Assembly (NCBI GenBank): GCA_047602405.1
Contig: JASGHJ010000001.1
Location: forward strand, 1,984,001-2,048,000
Source: Anaeromyxobacteraceae bacterium
GTDB taxonomy: Bacteria > Myxococcota > Myxococcia > Myxococcales > Anaeromyxobacteraceae
Direction: 5' to 3'
Length of the DNA stretch: 64,000 nucleotides
In this document: positions 7,598 to 18,100 of the stretch, piece after piece
Layout: every line of letters starts with the position of its first letter
How positions within the stretch are numbered: position 1 is the first letter of the stretch
The notes under the pieces: generated by a model
Database searches by the model: none
What the model was told of the DNA's origin: nothing
The model's input: the letters and a program-made list of their open reading frames with translations, nothing else
Position numbers and translations under genes: made by a program

Positions 7598-10309
7598 ATG
7601 GCGGTGACCTGGCGGCCGGGGATGAAGGTGGTCCATCGCGCCCAGCGGACGTGGGGCGTGGGGGTCGTGGTCCAGGTCGCGGACGAGGGCCGGCGGATCG
7701 CGGTGCGGTTCGCCGGGCGCGACGGCGTCACCGTGGTCTCGGGGCGCGACCCCGCGCTCGCCGAGGTGCCGGCCGACACGCCGATCGAGAGCGGCGTCGG
7801 CGGCCCCGCGGAGCAGCTCGCGGGCGGCACGCCGGGCTCGGCCTCGGCGTTCTCGCTGCGCAGCCGGGTCGTGCGGCTCGAGGCGCTCCGCCGGGCGGAC
7901 TCGCTCGGCGCGCTCCTCTCCTCCCGCGTGCACGTCCTCCCGCACCAGGTCGGCGCGGCCGGGCGCATCCTCTCCGATCGCATGCCGCGGTTCGTCCTCG
8001 CCGACGAGGTCGGCCTCGGAAAGACCGTGGAGGCGGGCCTCGTGTTCGCGGGGCTGCGCCAGCTCGGCATCGCCGAGCGCGCGCTCGTGGTGGTGCCGGA
8101 GCACCTCTCCTTCCAGTGGCTCGCCGAGCTCTTCCACAAGTTCAACGCGCTCTTCACGCTCCTCACCGACGCGCGCATCGACGAGCTCGGCGGCCCCGCC
8201 GAGGCCCTCGCCCGGAGCCCGCTCGCGATCGTGTCGCACGAGGCGCTGCGCGACGACGAGGAGCTCGCCGAGGCCGCGGCGAAGGTGCCCTGGGACCTCG
8301 TCGTCGTCGACGAGGCGCACCACCTCGCCGACGACGCGCTCCACGACGCGGTCGCCCCGGTCACGAAGGCGAGCTTCGGCGTGCTGCTCCTCACCGCGAC
8401 GCCGGTGCGCCTCGATCCGCGCGAGTACTTCCGCCTGCTCTCGCTCGTCGAGCCCGTGCCCTCGACCACGCTCGAGGAGTTCCTCGCCCGCCTCGAGCAC
8501 CACGAGCAGTACGCCGAGATCGCGCGCGGGCTCCTCTCCGGCGCGAAGCCCGGCGCGGCGCTCGCGAAGCTCAGGAAGCTCGCGCCGGAGGACCCGCTCT
8601 TCTCCCGCGACGACCCGCCCCCGGATGCCCTCGAGCTCCTCGCCTGGCTCTCCGACCGCTACGGCCTCTCCGGCCGGCTCATCCGCAACCGCCGCGTGAA
8701 GGTCGGCGCGTTCACGAAGCGCGTGCTCCGCCGCGAGGACGTCGGCGAGGGCCAGAAGGCCGCGGCGCTCGTCGCGACGGTGGCACGCCTCGCGAGGCGA
8801 GGACCCGCCGGGCAGCACGGCGAGAAGGTGCTCGTGTTCGGCGGCGACGTCGACGCGCTCCGGGAGCTGCAGGCCGGGCTCGCGGGCGCCGGGCTCGAGG
8901 CGCTCCTCTACGACGATGCGCCCTCCATCGAGGCGCGCGACCGGCTCGTGGCGCGGTTCCGCGATCCCGAGGGGCCGATGGTGCTCCTCTCCGGCGAGTC
9001 CGGCGGCGAGGGGCGCAACTTCCAGTTCGCCTCGCACCTCGTGTGCGCCGACCTGCCGGCGTCCCCGCTCGTGCTCGAGCAGCGCATCGGCCGGCTCGAC
9101 CGGCTCGGGCAGACGCGGCCGGTCGAGATCCACGTCGTGGTCGAGCCCGGCGAGGAGGCGTTCCTCGCCGACCTCTACGCGAACGAGATCGGCATCTTCG
9201 AGGAGCCGGTCGGCGGCCTCGACGCGGTGCTCGCGTCCTTGCCGGAGGAGCTCGAGGCGCTCTCCCGCAAGCGCACCGCGAAGGGCCGCGACACCTTCCG
9301 CAAGGCCCTCGCGGAGCGCGTCGCCGCCGCCCGCAAGGCGCAGCACGAGGGCGACCCGCTCCTCGACATCCGCTCGGCGTCGCTGCCGGAGCTCGGCGCG
9401 CTCGTCGAGGGCGCGTTCCGCCGGCTCGGCGACGAGCCGCCGGAGCTCGGCGGCACCGACGCGGGGCCGGTCGGGCTCGCGCTCGGGACGCTCTCGAAGT
9501 GGCTCGAGGAGGAGCTCGAGGACGTCGTCTGCGAGGTCGCGCACCGGGTCGGCATCGAGGTCGACACCGATCAGAACGTGCATCCGTTCGAGGCCGCGTT
9601 CACGCTCGGCGCGCACATGAAGATCGAGGCGCTCCCGGGCATGACCATGCCGGAGGAGCCGCAGACGCTGCTCGGCAGCTTCTGGCGCGAGACCGCGGTC
9701 GCGCGCGACGAGCTCGAGTGGTACGCGACGGGCCACCGGCTCGTCGAGGCCTTGCTCGGCATCGTGCGCGACGGGGACGCCGGCCGCTCCGCGTGCGTGC
9801 GCCGCGAGTGGGCGCCCCGCCGCGGCGCGCTCTACGCGCGCTTCGAGCCGCGCCTCGCCTCCGGCTCCGACCTCGCGCCGGGCGCCCGCGTGGCGTCCAG
9901 GCAGGCGTCGCGGTACCTCGACCTCTCGCCGATCTCGGTCATGGTCGACCTCGAGGCGCCGCACGCCGAGGTGAAGGGCGGCGCGGCGCGGCTCGAGGAG
10001 GAGGCGGAGGGCCTCGAGGACGCGCGCACCGGCCCCGCGCCGGCGGCCGTCCTCGCGGCGGCGATCGCGGCCGCGGAGGCCCGCGCGAGAGCCGAGCTCG
10101 CGCGGCGGGTCGAGGACGCGCAGGCGCGGCTCCTCGCGCACGCGTCGGGAGAGGAGGAGCGGCTCGTCGAGTCGGCCTTCCTCGGCGGCGCGCCGCCGGC
10201 GCGCATCGAGAACGCGCTCGTGACGCTCCGGCACCACCGCGAGGTCGTGGGGAAGGCGATCGCACGGGCCGCGCTGGGGGTCGACGCGCTGGCGCTCGTC
10301 GTGCCCTGA
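7598..10309 (+). CDS. RapA/HepA-like SNF2 helicase
   Basis: LPHQ, LADEVGLGKT, DEAHH, TATP, GEGRNFQFA, EQRIGRLDRLGQ. Confidence 0.9.
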   Translation: MAVTWRPGMKVVHRAQRTWGVGVVVQVADEGRRIAVRFAGRDGVTVVSGRDPALAEVPADTPIESGVGGPAEQLAGGTPGSASAFSLRSRVVRLEALRRADSLGALLSSRVHVLPHQVGAAGRILSDRMPRFVLADEVGLGKTVEAGLVFAGLRQLGIAERALVVVPEHLSFQWLAELFHKFNALFTLLTDARIDELGGPAEALARSPLAIVSHEALRDDEELAEAAAKVPWDLVVVDEAHHLADDALHDAVAPVTKASFGVLLLTATPVRLDPREYFRLLSLVEPVPSTTLEEFLARLEHHEQYAEIARGLLSGAKPGAALAKLRKLAPEDPLFSRDDPPPDALELLAWLSDRYGLSGRLIRNRRVKVGAFTKRVLRREDVGEGQKAAALVATVARLARRGPAGQHGEKVLVFGGDVDALRELQAGLAGAGLEALLYDDAPSIEARDRLVARFRDPEGPMVLLSGESGGEGRNFQFASHLVCADLPASPLVLEQRIGRLDRLGQTRPVEIHVVVEPGEEAFLADLYANEIGIFEEPVGGLDAVLASLPEELEALSRKRTAKGRDTFRKALAERVAAARKAQHEGDPLLDIRSASLPELGALVEGAFRRLGDEPPELGGTDAGPVGLALGTLSKWLEEELEDVVCEVAHRVGIEVDTDQNVHPFEAAFTLGAHMKIEALPGMTMPEEPQTLLGSFWRETAVARDELEWYATGHRLVEALLGIVRDGDAGRSACVRREWAPRRGALYARFEPRLASGSDLAPGARVASRQASRYLDLSPISVMVDLEAPHAEVKGGAARLEEEAEGLEDARTGPAPAAVLAAAIAAAEARARAELARRVEDAQARLLAHASGEEERLVESAFLGGAPPARIENALVTLRHHREVVGKAIARAALGVDALALVVP

Positions 10310-10492
10310 CCGGGGCCGTCACGAAGCGCCCCGCTGCGCCTCCAGTCCACTTCGCTGCATCAACGTCCGTTTCGCGGACGGTGCGTCCTGCCCGCTGCAG
10401 TCACAGGGCGGTCAGGGGCTTGACGGGGCTCGGACCCTTTGCCAAACCAGGGTGTACGGAAGGGGGCACCACGCCCTCGGGGGAGTAGATCG

Positions 10493-11128
10493 ATGATCGC
10501 CGCACTCGCGCTCGCGCTGATCGCAGGGCAGTCGCAGCCCGCCGTCCAGGACGACTTCTACATGGACGAGCCTGCGAAGAAGGACGAGGAGACGCACATC
10601 CTCGAGGCGCGCGCCGGGGCGGGCGGGGCCACGATCTTCGACGTGCCGGGCGTGGGCATGGCCGCCGAGACCGGCCTCGAGTTCAAGCCCTGGGGCCCGG
10701 TGGCGCTCCGCCTGTCCGTCGGCTCCAACATGAAGATCGGCTGGGGCACGTTCTACGCGGCACCCGAGGCGGTGTTCCGCCTGCGCGACACGAAGTCGAC
10801 CTTCTCTCCGTACATCGCCATCGGCGGCAACCTCACGGTCGTCAACATCTCCGACGACGCGCTCGGCATCGATCGCATCCCGACCTGGCGCGCGAACCAG
10901 GGCGCGGCCGCCGGCTCCGACGGGCAGGAGGTCTTCCGCTCGCAGGACTCGCCGGGCGGGATGGCGCTCCGCGCCTCGGCGATGCCGCAGGCGACGCTCG
11001 GCCTCCGCTGGCAGGCCTTCAAGACCTACGCGCTCGACTTCGGTGGGCGCTGGACGATGCTGCGCTTCCACGGCGACACGTACCAGAACTTCTCGATCGT
11101 GATGGCGCTGTGCATGCCGTCGACCTGA
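10493..11128 (+). CDS. Exported, probable outer-membrane beta-barrel protein
   Basis: Signal peptide, alternating beta-strand pattern (FSPYIAIGGN, YALDFGGRW); GGGGAG SD. Confidence 0.6.
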   Translation: MIAALALALIAGQSQPAVQDDFYMDEPAKKDEETHILEARAGAGGATIFDVPGVGMAAETGLEFKPWGPVALRLSVGSNMKIGWGTFYAAPEAVFRLRDTKSTFSPYIAIGGNLTVVNISDDALGIDRIPTWRANQGAAAGSDGQEVFRSQDSPGGMALRASAMPQATLGLRWQAFKTYALDFGGRWTMLRFHGDTYQNFSIVMALCMPST

Positions 11129-11132
11129 TCTC

Positions 11133-11161
11133 CTTCGCGATTCGCATCGCGAATCGCGAAG
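11133..11161. terminator. Perfect 13-bp hairpin between convergent genes
   Basis: CTTCGCGATTCGC-ATC-GCGAATCGCGAAG. Confidence 0.6.
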
Positions 11162-11184
11162 CAGCTCAGGTCTTTCTTGGTCTT

Positions 11185-11230
11185 GGGGGGCTTCGCCCCC
11201 CTCCCGCAAAACGGAGCTCTGCGGGGCCCC
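11185..11230. repeat. REP-like element, family B
   Basis: GGGGGGC-TTC-GCCCCCC then CCCGCA..TGCGGGGCCCC; same layout as 35532-35579. Confidence 0.5.
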
Positions 11231-11249
11231 TCTGCCCCACGGGGCTGCT

Positions 11250-12377
11250 CTACGCGCAGAACCTCGCGATCGCGCGGCCCAGGATCTCCGTCGCCTTCGC
11301 GACCTCGGCGAGGTCCACGTGCTCGCCGGTCCGGTGCGCGACCGTGATGTCGCCGGGGCCGAACACGCAGGCCTCCGCGCCGAGCCCGATCACCTCCGGC
11401 AGCTCCGTGCCGAACGGCACGGTCACCGAGCGCGCGCCGCTCTCCGCCTCGAGGAAGCGCACGATCTCCGCCTCCGGCGGCGTGACGGCCGCGGCGTCGG
11501 TGCGGAGCGGCGCGATGTGCGCGTGCAGCTTGCCGCCGCTCGCGGCGGTGAGCCGGTGCACGGCCTCCTCCACGAGCCGGAGCGCGCGGCGCGGGTCCTG
11601 GCCGGGCAGGGGGCGCCACTCGTAGCTGAAGCGGCACTCGCCCGCGATGATGTTGCGGGCCTTCCCGCCCTGCACGACGCCGACGTTCCAGGTGGTGTGC
11701 GGCGGGTCGAAGCTCTCGTCGCGCTCCGCGCGGAGCACCTCGCCGATCTGCTCGAGGTCGGGGAAGAGCCGGCCGAAGGCGTGGATGGCCGAGGCGCCGA
11801 CGTCCGGGTAGGCCGAGTGGCCCTCGACGCCCTCCACGACGACCTCCACGGCGCAGTAGCCCTTGTGCGCGCGCACCGGCACGAGCCGGGTCGGCTCGCC
11901 CACGATGGCGTGGCGCGGGTGGACGCGGGCCTCGGCGAGGAGCTGCTTCGCGCCCAGGCAGCCGACCTCCTCGTCGGCCGTGAACAGGAGGAGCAGCGGG
12001 CCGCCGTGCTCTCGCACCTCGCCGGCGGCGGTCAGGGCCGCGGCGAGGAAGGCCTTCGTGTCCGCCGAGCCCCGGCCGTAGAGCTTGCCGTCGCGGATGG
12101 GCGCCGCGAGCGCCTCGGCCCACTCCGGATCGAACGGGACGCAGTCGGTGTGCCCCACCAGCGCGAGCCCGCCCGGCTCCCGGGGGCCCCGGTGGCAGAC
12201 GAGGTTGCCCTTCTCGACGCCGCTCGCGTCGGCCCAGGTCTGGCGGCGGGTCTCGAACCCCCGGAGGTGGGCCTCCCGCTCGAGGAGGTCCAGCACCGGC
12301 AGGTTGGAGCGCGCCGAGGTCGAGTCGATGGCGACGAGGGCGCGCAGCAGCGCGACGGTGTCCGACGCTGGGTCCAT
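11250..12377 (-). CDS. argE: Acetylornithine deacetylase
   Basis: GHTDCVP, YGRGSADTK, ADEEVGCLGA, GEPT, GHS, GPGDI..AH (M20 family). Confidence 0.92.
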   Translation of the reverse strand: MDPASDTVALLRALVAIDSTSARSNLPVLDLLEREAHLRGFETRRQTWADASGVEKGNLVCHRGPREPGGLALVGHTDCVPFDPEWAEALAAPIRDGKLYGRGSADTKAFLAAALTAAGEVREHGGPLLLLFTADEEVGCLGAKQLLAEARVHPRHAIVGEPTRLVPVRAHKGYCAVEVVVEGVEGHSAYPDVGASAIHAFGRLFPDLEQIGEVLRAERDESFDPPHTTWNVGVVQGGKARNIIAGECRFSYEWRPLPGQDPRRALRLVEEAVHRLTAASGGKLHAHIAPLRTDAAAVTPPEAEIVRFLEAESGARSVTVPFGTELPEVIGLGAEACVFGPGDITVAHRTGEHVDLAEVAKATEILGRAIARFCA

Positions 12378-12474
12378 GGAGGGAGGCTAACATCTATGCC
12401 GTTCGCCAGCCTGTCCTCGGCGGATCCGCCGGGGTAGGATGCGTCACCCTCGAGGGCCCGGAGACCGCCGCACG

Positions 12475-13299
12475 GTGACGCTGCGCTTCGCGAAATACCA
12501 CGGCATCGGCAACGACTTCGTCGTGGTCGAGGGCCCGCTCATGGACGCCGCGCGGGCCGCGCGCCTCTGCGACCGCCGTCGCGGGGTCGGGGCCGACGGC
12601 GTGCTCACCGTCCTGCCGCCCACGACGCCCGGGGCCGTGGCCCGGATGCACATCTTCAACTCCGACGGCTCGGTCGCCGCGATGTGCGGGAACGGGATCC
12701 GGTGCGTGGCGAAGGACCTCGTCCCTCGTCTTCGCGCCGCCTCGGGCGGAGCGACGCTCGGGGCGAACGGTGGCGAGCTCGAGATGGTCATCGACACGGA
12801 CGCCGGCCCGAAGCGCTGCGTCGCCCACCTCGACGCGGCCGGGGAGGCGCAGGCCGTCACGGTCGAGATGGGGCCCGCGAAGCTCCTCGGCGAGGAGGAC
12901 TTCACGGTGGGTGGCGAGCGGCTGCGCGCGGTCCGGGTCTCGATGGGCAACCCGCACGCCGTCTTCTTCGACGCGCCGACCCGCGAGCGCGCGACCGCCA
13001 TCGGCCCGCTCGTCGAGAGGGCGGTCCCGGGCGGCGTGAACGCCGGCTTCTCGCGGCCCGGTCCGCACGGCATCGACCTCGTGGTGTGGGAGCGCGGCGC
13101 GGGGCTGACGGAGGCGTGCGGCACCGGCGCCTGCGCGGCGGCCGTCGCGGCCGTGGCGCGCGGCCTCGCGGCGGCGGGGAAGCCCGTCGAGGTCCGCCTG
13201 CCCGGAGGCCCGCTCGAGATCACCGTCGCGCCCGACCTCGCCTCGGTGCGCATGCGCGGCCCGGCCGCGCTCACGTACCGCGGGGAGACGGAGCTCTAG
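12475..13299 (+). CDS. dapF: Diaminopimelate epimerase
   Basis: FAKYHGIGNDF, NSDGS..MCGNGIRC, SMGNPH, ERGAGLTEACGTG. Confidence 0.96.
   Translation: MTLRFAKYHGIGNDFVVVEGPLMDAARAARLCDRRRGVGADGVLTVLPPTTPGAVARMHIFNSDGSVAAMCGNGIRCVAKDLVPRLRAASGGATLGANGGELEMVIDTDAGPKRCVAHLDAAGEAQAVTVEMGPAKLLGEEDFTVGGERLRAVRVSMGNPHAVFFDAPTRERATAIGPLVERAVPGGVNAGFSRPGPHGIDLVVWERGAGLTEACGTGACAAAVAAVARGLAAAGKPVEVRLPGGPLEITVAPDLASVRMRGPAALTYRGETEL
12721..12770 (+). repeat. Palindromic repeat family A, copy inside dapF
   Basis: GTCCCTCGTCTTCGCG (identical to 17432-17447), hairpin, ACGCTCGGGGCGAACGG. Confidence 0.8.
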
Positions 13300-15178
13300 A
13301 TGGCGACCGGGCGCATCCTCGTCGTCGACGACGAGAAGTTCTTCCTCGAGCTCCTGCGCGACACGCTCTCCGGCGCCGGCTACTCGGTGCGGACGGCGGG
13401 CTCCGGCGAGGACGCGCTGAAGCTCCTCGGCGCCGGCACCGAGAGCTTCGACCTCGTCGTGACCGACATGGTCATGCCGGGGATGGACGGGATCGCGCTC
13501 ATCCGGGAGTCGAAGCGCGTCAACCCGGACGTCGAGGTGGTGGCCCTCACCGGCCGCGACGACGTGAAGCTCGCCGTCACCGCCATGAAGGCGGGCTGCG
13601 CCGACTTCCTGCAGAAGCCGGTCGACGCGAAGGAGCTCCTCGAGGTCGCCGCGAAGGCGCTCGGGCGGGTGCAGCTGAAGCGCGAGCACTCGCAGCTCCT
13701 CGAGGAGAACCTCGAGTTCGTGAAGTCCCAGGCGCTCCACCGCCAGGGGCTCCTCATCCTCTCCACGCTCGACGGCGAGCGGATCCAGGACCTCGCCCTC
13801 ACCGTGCTGGCGCGGGTGACCGACGCGCAGGGCGCCGCCATCTGGACGGCGGAGGAGCGGGGCGTGCTCGCGCTGCGCGGGTACCGCGGCCTCGTCGACC
13901 GCACCGCGCTGCCCCCGCGGGTGGACCCGCGCGACCCGGCGTGGAAGGACGCGCTCCGGCTCGCGTCGCCCTTCCCGGTGCCCGGCAGCGGCGGGACGGG
14001 CGACGCCTTCATGGTGCCGCTCCTCGTCGAGGACGAGCCCATCGGCCTCGTGCTGCTGTCCGATCGGGCCCGGGGGCCCTTCGGTCCCGAGCAGCACGCC
14101 TCCGCCGTCACCGTCGCCGACTTCGCCGCCATCGCGCTCAAGAACGCGCGGCGCTTCCAGGCGGTCGAGCGGATCGGCCTGCGCGACCGCGAGACCGGCG
14201 CGTACAACCTCGCCTACTTCGTCGACTATGCGGGCAAGGAGTTCTACAAGGCCCGGCGCTACGCCCGCGCGTTCTCGCTCGCGGTGCTCTCCTTCGACAA
14301 CGCCGAGCAGGTGCGCAAGGAGGCCGGGCGCGAGCTCTTCCGCCGCGCCTCGCGCGACATCGTCACCGCCGTCTCGCGCGTCGTGCGCGACGCCGACATC
14401 CTCGCGAAGGTGTCGGAGTCCGAGTACTACGTGCTCCTCCCCGAGACCGACTACTTCGGCGCGCTCATGTTCGTCCGGCGCGCGCACGAGGAGATCCGGA
14501 AGGAGGAGGCGATCCGGCAGCTCGAGGAGAAGTGCCCGGCGCGCATCTCGATGGGCGCCTCGACCTTCCCGAAGGACGGGGAGGACTTCGACGAGCTGCT
14601 CCACTGGGCGCGGGTGCGGGTCGAGGAGCAGCGCGCCTCGCTCCTGCGCCAGTTCCAGGCCGGGGACCTCGACCCCTCCGCCTTCTGGGAGCTCGCCGAC
14701 GTGCTGCTCGCCGACGAGCCGGCGCTGCCGGAGGGCTCGCCCTCGGCGCGGGTGCAGGCCGACCGCGAGCTCTTCGAGGCGGCCCAGCGCGAGGCGGCGC
14801 TCGAGATCGCCCGCGACCCCCGCGCGCGCGGGCTGCTCTACGTGGGGCTCGGCGGCGGCCTCTCCACCGCGCCGGTGCTGCACGCGCTGCCGGCGGGCGA
14901 CACCTCCTCGCGCGCAGGGGACCCGACCGTGCGGGTGTACCTGCTCGGCCCGCGCGGCCGCGACGTCGAGCGCACCCCGCACCCGCTCGTCTCGGAGGTC
15001 TTCCTCGACGGCGACAAGCGCTTCCAGGCGCACGAGTTCCTGCTTCTTCATCTCGGAGCACTCCGCCTACGGCCTCATCAGCGGCCCGAACGGCCGGATG
15101 TTCCACACCGCCGACGTGCCGCTCGTGGACGCACTCGTCTCGAAGCTGCAGGCCCTCTACGACCTCACCCCCGCCTGA
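13300..15178 (+). CDS. Response regulator REC-GAF-degenerate GGDEF protein (+1 frameshift near 15044)
   Basis: REC (VVDD, TDMVMP, KP); DRETGAYN..YF; RDAD..SESEY; C-terminus continues in another frame (FISEHSAYG). Confidence 0.82.
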
Positions 15179-15183
15179 GCGCC

Positions 15184-16648
15184 ATGCCCCCGGTCCGCAA
15201 GATCCTCATCGCCGATCCCGACGCCAGCATCGTGCGCGCCCTCGCCCCGGCCCTGCGCCAGCGCGGCTACCAGGTCCACGCGGCGCGAGACGGCACCCGC
15301 GCGCTGCAGGTGGCGATCCTCCGCTTCCCGGACGTCATCCTCCTCGACGACAAGACCCCGCTCCTCGACCCGCGCACCTTCATGCGGATCCTCCGCACGA
15401 ACCCGCGCACCGAGCGGATCCCGGTCGTGCTCATGGGCGACACCGCGGACGCCGACAAGGCGCGCCTCGGCGTCTTCGTGAAGAAGCCGTTCAAGGCCGA
15501 CGAGGTCGTCGCGCGCATCGAGCAGATCTTCCGCCGGGTGGATGCGTCGAAGGCGGTCGCCGGCGAGAGCCGCGAGATCGAGGGCGACCTCGCGCAGATC
15601 CCGCTCGTCGACCTCCTGCAGATCCTCGCCGTGAACCGCAAGACCGGGAAGCTCGCGGTCGAGCGCGAGGGCGAGAAGGCGGAGGTCTACCTCAAGGACG
15701 GCAAGATCACCGACGCGGCCATGGGCGCCGCCACGGGCGAGAAGGCCCTGTGGCGCCTGCTGGGCAGCCGCGAGGGCCAGTTCGCCTTCCTGCCCGGGCC
15801 GGGCGGCGCCGAGCGCATCGACCGCAAGGTGGACGAGCTCGTGCTCGAGGGGCTCCGGCAGGCCGACGAGGTCGCGCGCCTCGCCGACCAGCTCCCGCCC
15901 CCGACCGATCACATCGAGCTCACGCTCGATCCCCTCCGAGCTCCCCGCGGGCCTGCACCCGGTGACCGAGGAGGTCGTCGCGCTCCTCGCGACGCCGCGC
16001 AGCTTCCAGGAGCTCGTCGATCGCACGAAGTCGAGCGACCTCGAGGCCATCCGCGCGGTGCTCGCGCTCCTCGACCGCGGCTACGCGCGCCGCCGCCGCG
16101 GCCCGCCACCGCCCGTCGACACCGGCGCCCTGCTCGGCTCGCACGAGGTCCACGCGCTCCGCCAGCGGATCGCCCGCGGCCGCTCGTCGGGCAACCAGAC
16201 CGTCGGCAAGGTCGTGCTCGCCGGCGGCGGCCCGCTCGCGCGGCGGGCGGCGCTCGCGCGGTTCCAGACCCTCGCCGGCTTCCAGGCGGCCCCCGGCGGC
16301 GCCTCCGGCTTCGGCACGCTCGGCCGGCTCTCGCTGGGCGAGGGCGTGCGGGTCGACGTGGTCGAGATCCCCGGCGACCCGTCGCTCCGCCCGCTGCGCG
16401 GCCCGTTCTCGGCCGGCGCGGTCGGCGCGCTCGTCCTGCTCCCGGCCGAGGACGACGGCGCGCTGCTCTCCGACCTCTCGAACGGCCAGCGGCTCCCGCT
16501 CGTCGTGTGCGGCCCGTCCGAGCACTCGGTGCCGCAGTACCTCCGGGAGGCGCCCGGCGGCTTCGCCTTCGGCGGGCCCGACGCGGCAGAGGCGCTCCGC
16601 ATGCTCCTCGCCGGCGCCGCCGCGAAGGGGAACGCGGAGGCGGCGTAG
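15184..16648 (+). CDS. REC-like + DUF4388 protein with GTPase-like C-terminus (+1 frameshift near 15931)
   Basis: GDLAQIPLVDLLQILAVNRKTG..L is typical of DUF4388; removing one C joins the frames as LDPSELPAGLHPVTE. Confidence 0.8.
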
Positions 16649-16651
16649 CGG

Positions 16652-17063
16652 CTACTTCGGCCGGTTCTTCAGCCACTCCCCGAACATCCGGTCGGTCCGG
16701 TAGATGTGCTCGCGCAGCCAGGTGGTCACCCGGTTGCCGACCCGGATCACGAACCGGTTGGTGGGCCCCTCGGTCTGCAGCTCGAGCCGCAGCACCTCGA
16801 GCTCGCGGACGAACGAGCGGTGCTCGAGGCGGTGACTCTCGATCCGGTCGTAGGCGGCCTGGATCATCAGGCCCTCCTCCGCGGAGAAGTGCTCCACGAC
16901 GTACTGGCCGAGGTACTCGAGGAGGCGGACGACCTCCTCCTTCGAGCGGTGCTCGCGGGACGCGTCGAGGAGCCGCGCCAGGCGCGCGAAGAAGCTCGCG
17001 GTGCTGGTCGTCGATGACGTCGTGGCCGGTGAGGAGGACGGGGTCGAACTCGAGCGGCGCCAA
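16652..17063 (-). CDS. Bacteriohemerythrin (+1 frameshift near 16990)
   Basis: IDDQHRELF, EHFSAEE, HRLEH, WLREHIYRTD. Confidence 0.88.
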
Positions 17064-17066
17064 GCG

Positions 17067-17390
17067 CTAGCCTCCGATGGCCGCCACGAGCTCCTCGCCC
17101 AGCGCGGCGCGGACCTCGGGGCTCTGGCAGAGGAGCCGGAACTCGGCGCCTGTCAGGTAGGACGTGCGGCGGCTGCGGGCGCCGGTGAGCTCCACCCGGA
17201 CACGCCCCTCCTCGCGGGCCGCGGTGACGGACCAGCCGCGCGCGAGGTCGCGCTCGATGGAGCGCAGGTGCCGGTGGATGCGCAGGGCCTCCTTCCCCTC
17301 GGGCGAGGAGAGGGCCAGGAAGAAGCGGTTCCTGCTGAAGCCGGGGTCCGAGCGCAGCCGCTCGACGGCCCGGGCGACGAACCCGCGCAT
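17067..17390 (-). CDS. Hypothetical protein (107 aa)
   Basis: MRGFVARAVERLRSDPGFSRNRFF...; codon-biased ORF that fills the gap. Confidence 0.7.
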   Translation of the reverse strand: MRGFVARAVERLRSDPGFSRNRFFLALSSPEGKEALRIHRHLRSIERDLARGWSVTAAREEGRVRVELTGARSRRTSYLTGAEFRLLCQSPEVRAALGEELVAAIGG

Positions 17391-17431
17391 GTCACGTTTG
17401 TAGCATGCGACGGGGTGCCACGGGAGCCCCT

Positions 17432-17482
17432 GTCCCTCGTCTTCGCGGCCGCTTGCGCGGCCGCCACGCTCGGGACGAAAGG
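17432..17482 (+). repeat. Palindromic repeat family A, intergenic copy
   Basis: GTCCCTCGTCTTC-GCGGCCGC-TTGC-GCGGCCGC-CACGCTCGGGACGAAAGG. Confidence 0.85.
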
Positions 17483-17494
17483 ACGACGAGGAGC

Positions 17495-17941
17495 TCACGC
17501 GACGGTCGGGAGCGCCTCGTCGGACGGGACGTTGCCCGTCCAGCGGCGCGCCTTCACGAAGCGGGCGAGCGTGACGTCGCTGCCGTAGATGTGATCGCGC
17601 AGCCAGCCGCCGACGTCGCGATCGAGCCGCAGCACGAGCTCGGCGGAGCTGCCGTGCTCGGCGAGCGAGAGGTCGAGCCGGGACACCGCGGCCTTGAAGC
17701 CCTCGTGCTCGGCGTGGTGCCGCTCGAGGTCGGGGTAGGCGACCACGCGCATCAGCGCCTCCTCCGCGTCGAAGTGCACGCGCACGTAGTCGGCGAGGAA
17801 GTCGAGCATCCGCCCGGCCTCGGTCCGGTCGCGGCGCAGGATCGCGTCCTCCAGCCGCTCGAACCGGCGGAAGAGCTCCTGGTGCTGCTCGTCGATCCCG
17901 CGCACGCCCACGGCGAGCGCGCTGGTCCAGCGAAGCGCCAC
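17495..17941 (-). CDS. Bacteriohemerythrin
   Basis: W...LAVGVRGIDEQHQELF, HFDAEE, HHAEH, WLRDHIYGSD. Confidence 0.92.
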   Translation of the reverse strand: MALRWTSALAVGVRGIDEQHQELFRRFERLEDAILRRDRTEAGRMLDFLADYVRVHFDAEEALMRVVAYPDLERHHAEHEGFKAAVSRLDLSLAEHGSSAELVLRLDRDVGGWLRDHIYGSDVTLARFVKARRWTGNVPSDEALPTVA

Positions 17942-18100
17942 GGCGAGACTCCCGGAAGTCTGCGAAGCGACCGCCAGTATGGGCAACCCTGCGCAGAAAG
18001 GGTGTGCGGCACGCGGCCGCACCCCTCGTCGAGAGTGAGGTCGCGAGGCTGCGCGCGGCGCGTTGACGCGGGTCAGGGCCCGGTGCGAGGGCGCGGCCCC

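Noticed and set aside
8458..8476. CCCTCGAC-C-ACGCTCG in the helicase gene resembling family A without its hairpin
   Set aside because: Ordinary preferred codons (PSTTLE); no outer stem or hairpin.
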